A stretch of DNA of 10,521 nt from Bdellovibrionota bacterium (lineage in GTDB: Bacteria; Bdellovibrionota_C; UBA2361; JBGSMV01), in the NCBI GenBank assembly GCA_044356455.1, contig JBIKWF010000135.1, forward strand, positions 1 to 10,521. Direction: 5' to 3'. Both the position numbers and the translations under genes were made by a program. Of the stretch, positions 1 to 6,633 are shown one piece after another (the first letter of the stretch is position 1; the number at the start of each line of letters is the position of its first letter). The notes beneath the pieces are model-generated. The model was not told where the DNA came from. It did no database searches and was given only the letters and a program-made list of their open reading frames with translations.

Positions 1-289
1 GCTCCTCGACGTCTCTCGTCATCAGTTCGGCCGACGCAATTACTGGAACTTCCATTTCGGAGCAGCCACGCATTAGATCAAAATTCTCAGTGCCTGAACT
101 TTCTACGTCCATGAGAACGACCGAGGGCTCAAAACGCGCGAGCAGCTCCTTGGCATCTTTCCCTGAAGCGGCGAACTCACAAACGATCTCGTATTGATGA
201 CTACAAAGGTCAATAACGTCGCGAAGTTTACGCTGATAGTCGAGCTCACTCTCGACAACTAACAATCTGACCTTCTTTCTAAGATCCAT
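1..289 (-). CDS. Response regulator receiver (REC/CheY-like) domain protein, 3'-truncated by the window edge
   Basis: Manual translation from the ATG at 289 gives MDLRKKVRLLVVESELDYQRKLRDVIDLCSHQYEIVCEFAASGKDAKELLARFEPSVVLMDVESSG...EVPVIASAE, open to position 1. It has the REC pattern: beta1 LLVVE, 'AASGKDA', 'PSVVLMD' with the phosphoacceptor Asp, and 'PVI'. G-rich RBS-like sequence lies upstream. Confidence 0.85.
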   Translation of the reverse strand, partial: MDLRKKVRLLVVESELDYQRKLRDVIDLCSHQYEIVCEFAASGKDAKELLARFEPSVVLMDVESSGTENFDLMRGCSEMEVPVIASAELMTRDVEE

Positions 290-383
290 AGCCCCACCCT
301 GTATGCCTTTGGGTATCGACCATGGGGGAAATAACAATAAGCAATCGCTGCGAACTATTTTCCTTAAGCCTTAAAAAATAGAC

Positions 384-413
384 TTGCCGACTTCTAGTCT
401 TTTTGCATATGAT
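384..413 (+). promoter_or_regulatory. Putative sigma70 promoter for lexA-recA
   Basis: TTGCCG (384-389), 18-nt spacer, TATGAT (408-413), with an A-tract (UP-like) just upstream. Confidence 0.5.
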
Positions 414-687
414 ACGAAAATCGCATCGACAAACTGACTCACTGGCGACGAAAGCAGTAACTAGCTGTTGTTAGTCACTTATTTCAAAGGCTTGGCCTAA
501 TCAGTTATTTGAGCCAAGACGTTCCGAGCTCAGAGCAGGCGATGCGGCTCCTCCTCAGTTTAAGAGGCAGGAATAGAGACGAGAGAATTGCGAGCGAGAA
601 TCGATAAGCAAAGCCCGTAGAGCAAGATTCAATAAAAGCAAACGCCTCTTATAGTCACGAATTTAAGAAGACGCTGAGCATCGGCAT

Positions 688-1659
688 ATGACAGACGAAA
701 ACAACCAAGGCGAAAACAACCAAGGCGAAAACAACCAAGGCGAAAACAACCAAGGCGAAAACAACCAAAGCGAAAACAACGCAAGTAGGGCTAGATCATC
801 AAAAGCCACGCGTCACCTGCGGCGGGTTGAAGCTGTGGGAGCAGGAGCCGCGGAAATCCCCGATTCTAGAGCCGATGCTGAAGAAGGTCTAGCTTCAGGG
901 GGTGAAGTCTCAAGCCCGAAGAGCACGAAGCAGCCTAAAGCTGCGGACAGCCAACTCGATGTTGGGCAGCTCGCGGCTGATGGCACTCTTGGCAGCAAAA
1001 CTCTTGGCAGCATAACTCTTGGCAGCACTAATCTTAGTGCTGGCAATTTCCGCTCGAGCACACTCGCACCTGTGCAAAGACAAACGCTCGAGTTTTTACG
1101 GAATTTCATCGCCGAGAAGGGCTACGCACCGACTTTAAAGGACATCGCAAGTCACATCGGCGTAAAATCTCTCTCCACGGCCCACTTTCACCTGGAGCGC
1201 TTAGTAGATAAGGGCTTTATCAAGCGCGGGGACGACGGGATGGTTGAGCTGGTCGAAGTCGCCAAACCCGAGCTTGGGCCAACAGCCGTGCCTCTTGTTG
1301 GCGTAATTGCGGCGGGTATGCCCATCGAAGCCATTGAACAGACTACCTTTATCGACATTCCTCCAAGCATGATAGACGGCCGGGGCGAGGTATTCTGCCT
1401 TGAGGTGAGCGGCACATCGATGATCGACGCCCACATCTGCGACCAAGACATTGTGGTCGTCAAGAAGCAGACTTCGGCCGAGAACGGCCAGATAGTCGTA
1501 GCTCTTCTTGAGGACGGGTCCGCAACTTTAAAGACATATCGCCGATTAAAGAGTGGCAAGATTATGCTTATTCCGGCGAACCCAACACTCTCCCCTATCA
1601 CGTTGGACCATGTTTCAATTCAGGGGCGGGTTATTGGGGTAATACGACAGCTTCACTAG
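688..1659 (+). CDS. lexA: SOS repressor LexA with a long low-complexity N-terminal extension
   Basis: Winged HTH (QRQTLEFL...GYAPTLKDIA...SLSTAHFHLERLVDKGFI), Ala-Gly cleavage site (IAAGMP), catalytic Ser (VSGTSM) and Lys (ATLK). Lies directly upstream of recA. Confidence 0.96.
   Translation: MTDENNQGENNQGENNQGENNQGENNQSENNASRARSSKATRHLRRVEAVGAGAAEIPDSRADAEEGLASGGEVSSPKSTKQPKAADSQLDVGQLAADGTLGSKTLGSITLGSTNLSAGNFRSSTLAPVQRQTLEFLRNFIAEKGYAPTLKDIASHIGVKSLSTAHFHLERLVDKGFIKRGDDGMVELVEVAKPELGPTAVPLVGVIAAGMPIEAIEQTTFIDIPPSMIDGRGEVFCLEVSGTSMIDAHICDQDIVVVKKQTSAENGQIVVALLEDGSATLKTYRRLKSGKIMLIPANPTLSPITLDHVSIQGRVIGVIRQLH
696..780 (+). repeat. In-frame 15-bp tandem repeat CGAAAACAACCAAGG, about 5.7 copies, encoding (ENNQG)n
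   Basis: Four perfect copies at 696-755, one copy with a single mismatch at 756-770, and a 10-nt partial copy at 771-780. Confidence 0.97.
985..1029 (+). repeat. In-frame 15-bp tandem repeat ACTCTTGGCAGCAnn x3, encoding TLGS[K/I/T]
   Basis: Copies start at 985, 1000 and 1015 and share 13 identical nt; decayed NLSAG/NFRSS units follow. Confidence 0.9.
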
Positions 1660-1760
1660 AAAGCGCGTTAACGGAAAAGATTTTCTAGCGATACTTTGAG
1701 AGGAGGCCTCGCAAAGCCTCATTTTATAAAACATTTGGTACGAGAAGGGACGAGAGCTAT

Positions 1761-2966
1761 ATGGCAGTAGATTCATCATCAAAGAAAGATTCAGATGCGG
1801 GCATGTTTCACGCAGCCTCAGAGAACCCAGAGAGAGAGAAGAGCCTCAATACCGCTATCTCCCAGCTAGAGAAGCGCTACGGACAGGGCGCAATTATGCA
1901 GCTAGGCGAAGGAACAGCAGCTCCTGTTGAAGCCTTCTCGTCGGGCAGCTTAGGTCTCGACCTTGCTCTTGGCATCGGCGGCGTCCCACGTGGACGCATC
2001 GTTGAAATCTATGGACCTGAGTCTTCAGGTAAAACCACCTTGGCTCTCCATGTGGCTGCCGAAGCCCAAAAGAAAAATGGGACCGTGGTTTTCATTGATG
2101 CGGAACATGCCCTTGATGTGAATTACGCAAAGCGCCTTGGAGTTGATACTTCAAAGCTTCTCGTAAGCCAGCCCGACTGCGGAGAGCAGGCGCTTGAGAT
2201 TTGCGAAACCCTGATCCACTCGAACTCGGTTGACCTTGTGGTCATCGACTCCGTAGCGGCTCTCGTCCCAAGGGCTGAGATTGATGGAGAGATGGAAGAC
2301 CAGCAACCTGGGCTCCAGGCACGCCTTATGAGCAAGGCATTGCGAAAGCTTACGGCAATTGCAGCAAAAGCGGGAACCACTATAATTTTCATCAATCAGA
2401 TTCGAATGAAGATTGGTGTCATGTTTGGCTCTCCAGAAACTACTGCGGGAGGAAACGCACTCAAGTTCTACGCATCAGTACGTATGGATGTCAGACGTAT
2501 TGGCCAAATTAAGGACGATGCCAATTCAGAAGTGCGCGGCAACCGTGTGCGCGTAAAGGTAGTAAAGAACAAGGTAGCTCCTCCTTTCCGCGAAGCAGAA
2601 TTCGATATCATCTTCAATGAAGGCATCAGCAAGGTGGGAGAGATTATCGACATCGGAGTCGACAAGGGAGTTGTTGACAAGGCTGGGGCATGGTTCTCAT
2701 TCAAGGGAGAGCGCCTTGGTCAAGGTCGTGAGGGGTCCAAGACTTTCCTCAAAGAGCACCCTGAGGTTGCCCTCGAGATTGAGAGACTCGTTCTCTCCAC
2801 CGTAGGCGTAGAGGTCCCTGCCACCTCTCCTAGCACTCTCGATGAATCCACCGGAGTCGCCTCACTCGTAGAGAAGAGTGTTGGAAAGTCTAAGGACTCT
2901 GCATCAGGAAAGAGCCCCAAGAAGAAGGTAGATCTTAACGGGCTTGCGCCAGCTGAGGCGATGTAG
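1761..2966 (+). CDS. recA: Recombinase RecA
   Basis: Walker [29 protein letters not shown], Walker [62 protein letters not shown]. Confidence 0.99.
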   Translation: MAVDSSSKKDSDAGMFHAASENPEREKSLNTAISQLEKRYGQGAIMQLGEGTAAPVEAFSSGSLGLDLALGIGGVPRGRIVEIYGPESSGKTTLALHVAAEAQKKNGTVVFIDAEHALDVNYAKRLGVDTSKLLVSQPDCGEQALEICETLIHSNSVDLVVIDSVAALVPRAEIDGEMEDQQPGLQARLMSKALRKLTAIAAKAGTTIIFINQIRMKIGVMFGSPETTAGGNALKFYASVRMDVRRIGQIKDDANSEVRGNRVRVKVVKNKVAPPFREAEFDIIFNEGISKVGEIIDIGVDKGVVDKAGAWFSFKGERLGQGREGSKTFLKEHPEVALEIERLVLSTVGVEVPATSPSTLDESTGVASLVEKSVGKSKDSASGKSPKKKVDLNGLAPAEAM

Positions 2967-3034
2967 CTCAGGTTCTCTGATTTCGGAGGCCTCGGAAGAA
3001 GACGCGGAAGTAATGGTGGAGTTTTATTTGCCAC

Positions 3035-3101
3035 CTAGAAGTCTGTCCCGTAGAACATACTCACCACTACACGTGGTGGTGGCTACGGGACACACTCCTA
3101 G
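3035..3101. repeat. REP-like palindromic element, copy A
   Basis: Arms CTAGAAGTCTGTCCCGTAG (3035-3053) and CTACGGGACACACTCCTAG (3083-3101) are 17/19 complementary; the interior has its own CACCAC/GTGGTG stem. Confidence 0.8.
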
Positions 3102-3133
3102 CTTTTTCAGAGGCACCTAAATTTATTCACGGC

Positions 3134-3170
3134 AGGGGCGAAGTGGCGTATCCACTCGCCCCTTTTTGTT
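3134..3170 (+). terminator. Probable Rho-independent terminator after recA
   Basis: AGGGGCG-A-AGTGG / CCACT-CGCCCCT GC-rich stem followed by TTTTGTT. Confidence 0.7.
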
Positions 3171-3279
3171 GACGAGAGCCTGACGAAGGGCCTTGGCTTA
3201 AAAGAGACAGGGAGGCTATGCTCGACTTGTTTGAGAGCGGCTTACCTGTTTCCAAGGAAGTCCTGGGCTGTAGTTCGTC

Positions 3280-4347
3280 ATGCTTATAAAATCCTCTGGC
3301 CACCTCGAAGGTGGTCTTTATCTTTTTACCCTAGGAGAAAGTTGCCACTACGCACTTTCTAGTCAGCTTTCGCCCCCTAGTTCTCAAAAGAGCGCCGTAT
3401 CAGAGAGTTCAGCTCACGAGGAAGGGCGAATCCCTCTTTCACATCCGGGCTCGGGTCCCGGGAAGCCTAGCCCCTCTAAGCCACATGACCGACAAGACCG
3501 TGCTAAGACGTCAGCCCTAAGCAGCGCTGCTTTCGTGCTTTTTGATCCAGGCAGTACCGCTCACACAGAACATCTCATCACACGATTAGAGAAACAGGGA
3601 TTCGACCTTAAGAATCTGCAGTGCATTCTCCCCACCCATCTTCATCCAGAGCGCATTTCTGGGCTCCCGCTCTTGCGGGCACGTGCCCCCCGGGCACTTC
3701 TCGTGGGGTCTCAGCCCATGAAGAAGGCGCTTTCGGACCGAGCGTTGATTCGCGAGCTCGCCGTCCAAGACTCCCGCATTCGCGAATCTCTCGGTCTTGG
3801 CTCTTGTGCAATTTCCCCGGCGGAGTTTGAGAAAGCATTTGTGATAGATGAATGTATCGCCGACTCGGACATTATTGCGGTCGGTGATGAAACCACAGTC
3901 AGGGCAAACATTCAGCTTGGGCATTCAAGCAGCTCCCTATCCTACTTCATTCAACCCCACGAGTATTTGATCTGCGACGAGACACTCGGATATTACCGGG
4001 GCCGAGAGCTCCCGGCCCCTGCCCCCGATGTGGACCGCGTACAGTACCGTAAGACTCTCGCTCAGCTTACCAAGTTGGAGCTGCGCGCGCTTTGCCTGCC
4101 TTTTAGCGGGGTGCTTACAGGTGAACTTCTGCCCAAACACATTCAGAAACTTACCTCGACCCTTGATGACATTGAAGAGCAGTGCAGTCAGGGACTTGCT
4201 TCAGGGATTCAGCCAGAAGAACTCCTCGCGGCTCTTAAAGCCCAGATCTTCTCTTCTCCGACGCGAGACCCCGTGCTTATAAGCGCGATGGATCGCTCCA
4301 AAGAGGCGTTGTTTACGCAGCTCCTTTCGTCGCCGCGTACAAAATGA
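3280..4347 (+). CDS. Metallo-beta-lactamase-fold protein with degenerate metal-binding motifs
   Basis: Order of motifs matches the MBL fold: LFDPG (motif 1), THLHPERISG (equivalent to THxHxDHxGG), LGHS, LICDE. The final His motif is replaced by LCLPFSG. Confidence 0.75.
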   Translation: MLIKSSGHLEGGLYLFTLGESCHYALSSQLSPPSSQKSAVSESSAHEEGRIPLSHPGSGPGKPSPSKPHDRQDRAKTSALSSAAFVLFDPGSTAHTEHLITRLEKQGFDLKNLQCILPTHLHPERISGLPLLRARAPRALLVGSQPMKKALSDRALIRELAVQDSRIRESLGLGSCAISPAEFEKAFVIDECIADSDIIAVGDETTVRANIQLGHSSSSLSYFIQPHEYLICDETLGYYRGRELPAPAPDVDRVQYRKTLAQLTKLELRALCLPFSGVLTGELLPKHIQKLTSTLDDIEEQCSQGLASGIQPEELLAALKAQIFSSPTRDPVLISAMDRSKEALFTQLLSSPRTK

Positions 4348-4377
4348 GTCGCCGCGCGGGGTTTAGGATGGGAACTT

Positions 4378-5487
4378 CTACCAACGAAGTTTTACATACG
4401 CGAGAGAATGATCGGATGCCTCGGGGGGCTCGGAAAGAACCCCGCTATCAAAATCGCCTTCCTCCTTCAGGGAACTATGAGCGAACCCTAGCGCCGAGGC
4501 AGGCAGAAGAATGTCGTCGAGCCAATAGAGCTCCTTCTTCTGCTTAAAAGTGCCGTGAAGCAAGCTAGTCTCTGGATCTAGCACCAAGGGAGAAAATAAA
4601 ATTGGCTGCCCTGGCGTGCCCACTTTACACAGCGGCACTCCACGTTTACTCAACCTGCAGGCTCCGCCCGTTTGGAAATCCTTTAATGAGAGTGTCCCAT
4701 CCAAAATTTTTGCGGTTGCAGTATCAGCATCACTATTTCTATCCCCCATCACGACAAGAATAGTCTGGCCCGACTGGAAAGACTGCTTGTGCCTATCTTC
4801 CAAGACTCGCCGAAGCCCCTCTGCCATTTCCATGCGATAGGTTTCCCATTCCAGCCCCGTGGGATCCTCTGCACCGCCCGCACGTGATTTAAAATGGAAG
4901 TTAACGAGCGAGAGAATACGCCGCGGGGTCTCGCCTTGAGGCTTCACTTGAATCTGGATTTCAATAGGAGCGCGCCCGAAAAACCGAGGTTTCTGCTCCT
5001 TGCTGAGCTTGGGCAATTCCACTTGGTGATACGATACCACGTTCTCGATTACTGCTCTGTCTCTCGCAACGAGGAATCCGTTACGCATCCCCTCGTCATT
5101 GCTAAACCCAGCCCGGGAATCAAACGACCTACCGGTCGCAGATTTAAGCATCGTCGCCAAACCCTTAAGTACTTCTTCAGCCTTATCGTCACTCCTTGAA
5201 ATCACTTCTTGAACCGCAAGGACATCACACCCTGCCGCGATGACACGCCGCGCTATGGCATTCTCTTTTTCCCTGAAACCGGCGAGCGAAATATTTCCAA
5301 GCTTGCCCCGCACGTCCGCATACTTGCCGTACATCTTGAGGTTCTGTGTGCAGATAGTCAGCGAAGGGGGCTGCTCGTGCTCGAGGTCGAGCGCCTCAAG
5401 CGTCGTGCGCGTCTGCGCCTCCACCACAAAGGAGAAAGCGCTACTCCACGCAAAAAGAAGAATCAAAATACCTTGGCAATGCTTCAC
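4378..5487 (-). CDS. Endonuclease/exonuclease/phosphatase (EEP, DNase I-like) family protein with predicted signal peptide
   Basis: Motifs TQNL, DVLAVQEV, NFHFKS, MGDRN, LDDIL and terminal SDH. The hydrophobic N-terminus ends in VEA. GTG start. Confidence 0.88.
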   Translation of the reverse strand: MKHCQGILILLFAWSSAFSFVVEAQTRTTLEALDLEHEQPPSLTICTQNLKMYGKYADVRGKLGNISLAGFREKENAIARRVIAAGCDVLAVQEVISRSDDKAEEVLKGLATMLKSATGRSFDSRAGFSNDEGMRNGFLVARDRAVIENVVSYHQVELPKLSKEQKPRFFGRAPIEIQIQVKPQGETPRRILSLVNFHFKSRAGGAEDPTGLEWETYRMEMAEGLRRVLEDRHKQSFQSGQTILVVMGDRNSDADTATAKILDGTLSLKDFQTGGACRLSKRGVPLCKVGTPGQPILFSPLVLDPETSLLHGTFKQKKELYWLDDILLPASALGFAHSSLKEEGDFDSGVLSEPPEASDHSLAYVKLRW

Positions 5488-5497
5488 AGTCTTTCTC

Positions 5498-6136
5498 TCA
5501 TCCTCTTACTCTCATCCTCGGAGTCTTGCGCACGAAGGCCTCAAACACCTCGTCCGCCCCCATTCCTGCGCCCCGCGCCGAGCGCAGCCTGGTAAGGGCA
5601 ACATTCCCCAATAATATCGCGTCAAACACATCCTGATGTTTCTTCAGTGCATGCACGTCGAGAGGGAAACCCATTTTCTTGAGCTCGGTTCGATAGAGGG
5701 AATTCACCATATGGGCGGCGATTCCTTTCACTGCCACCCGTGGAAGCTGCTTACCCTTAAGGCCCATAATTTCCCTATGCACCGTGCGCGGATTCACGCG
5801 GCCTGGCACCTCAATCGAGCGTGAGCGGCCAAGCGTTTCAAAGACACATCTCACTTGCTCTACAAGAAGCGCTGCGCGCGGATCGCGCATGGTGGTCGGT
5901 GCTTCACAAATAAGAAAATCTCCCGCCCCCAGACAAAGCTCCTCTAAGCAACTCGCCACCTTCTCTTGTAGATCCTTGAGACGACGCGCCATGGGAATAC
6001 CCGGGGGCAGAGAGCGAATCTTCCCAACCGCGGCAAGGCGCTCCCCCTCCACCACAAAGAGCGCCCACCCCGAACAGGTCAGACTGGGATCTACGGCCAA
6101 AAGCCGGGGTGGAGGGCGTGCAATCATGTTCAACAT
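5498..6136 (-). CDS. RuvC-like Holliday junction resolvase (divergent)
   Basis: LLAVDPSLTCSGWA (catalytic Asp), LICEAP (Glu), HQDVFDAILLG (DxxDA). Start moved from the track's TTG at 6193 to ATG 6136 (or 6127) because a promoter-like sequence occupies 6158-6186. Confidence 0.82.
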   Translation of the reverse strand: MLNMIARPPPRLLAVDPSLTCSGWALFVVEGERLAAVGKIRSLPPGIPMARRLKDLQEKVASCLEELCLGAGDFLICEAPTTMRDPRAALLVEQVRCVFETLGRSRSIEVPGRVNPRTVHREIMGLKGKQLPRVAVKGIAAHMVNSLYRTELKKMGFPLDVHALKKHQDVFDAILLGNVALTRLRSARGAGMGADEVFEAFVRKTPRMRVRG

Positions 6137-6157
6137 CCCGAAAGCGCTATATTTTTT

Positions 6158-6186
6158 AGTATACGGGGGATACATCACCCCCACAA
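6158..6186 (-). promoter_or_regulatory. Putative sigma70 promoter for the ruvC-like/EEP operon
   Basis: Minus strand reads TTGTGG, 17 nt, TATACT, followed by an AT-rich initiation region. Confidence 0.55.
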
Positions 6187-6267
6187 TCTTCAAAGTTTCC
6201 TTGTGGTTCCCCGGACACGCACGGTGTGGTACTTCTCTATCGCTTTGTAAGGACTAGAGTTTCCTCT

Positions 6268-6315
6268 TAGAAGTATGTCCCGAAGAAACAGATACGTTCC
6301 TTCTGGACAAACTCC
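6268..6315. repeat. REP-like palindromic element, copy B
   Basis: Left arm TAGAAGTATGTCCCGAAG matches copy A at 16/18; right arm CTTCTGGACAAACTCC matches at 13/16; 14-nt interior. Confidence 0.7.
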
Positions 6316-6321
6316 GTAGGT

Positions 6322-6382
6322 AGTCTGTCCCGCTGCCACCCAAGTAATAGAGGTGGCTAGAAGTTTCTACGGGGCAGGCTCC
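6322..6382. repeat. REP-like palindromic element, copy C
   Basis: Left arm AGTCTGTCCCG is identical to copy A; right arm CTACGGGGCAGGCTCC matches at 13/16; inner GCCACC-N11-GGTGGC stem. Confidence 0.7.
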
Positions 6383-6447
6383 TTTGGGACCACAAAAAGG
6401 GCGTAATCGGTCGTAAGACCTTCGCGCAGCATATTCGGAAGCAGTGG

Positions 6448-6476
6448 TTCAGGATTGGGGTGCATGCTGTTATGGT
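6448..6476 (+). promoter_or_regulatory. Possible extended -10 promoter for pdhA-pdhB
   Basis: TTCAGG, 17 nt, TATGGT, with TG at 6468-6469 (TGnTATGGT). Confidence 0.35.
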
Positions 6477-6633
6477 GCCCTCCGCTTCAAGGAAATCTTC
6501 CAGCCTAAACTTACCACTCGCCCCCTGCGGGGAAGAGTGTACGCCAAAGCAAATGAATATTGGAGCGCTTTTGAGCTGCCTTCGATTGAAAGGCAGTTGC
6601 AAAGTAGTCCCTCGAAAAGTGTTAGGAAATTGC

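Noticed and set aside
434..460. Hammerhead ribozyme-like CTGA...GAAA
   Set aside because: The core is CTGACTC rather than CTGANGA, and the required stems are missing.
696..780. Tandem repeat as a CRISPR array or phase-variation switch
   Set aside because: There are no spacers, and the 15-bp unit preserves frame.
1656..1730. Terminator or separate recA promoter between lexA and recA
   Set aside because: Only weak stems are present (CTAGAAA/TTTCTAG and GAGGC/GCCTC), and the TTGAGA to TATAAA spacing is 23 nt.
3218..3289. 23-codon ORF after GGAGG overlapping the MBL start
   Set aside because: The RBS-to-ATG spacing is only 2 nt and the peptide is unrecognisable; TATGCT is more likely a -10 element.
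4329..4356. 9-bp direct repeat GTCGCCGCG around the MBL stop as a target-site duplication
   Set aside because: Only 10 nt lie between the copies and there are no element ends; chance or micro-duplication explains it.
6268..6382. Mini-CRISPR array or guide RNA for the neighbouring RuvC-fold gene
   Set aside because: The units are inverted-arm pairs with unequal interiors, not identical direct repeats with regular spacers. The protein is a contiguous, roughly 210-aa resolvase-type RuvC without TnpB/Cas12 architecture, and no cas genes are present.
6460..6633. 58-aa N-terminal extension of PdhA from the ORF track
   Set aside because: It is Cys-rich and unlike PdhA, overlaps a promoter-like sequence, and a better RBS precedes ATG 6634.
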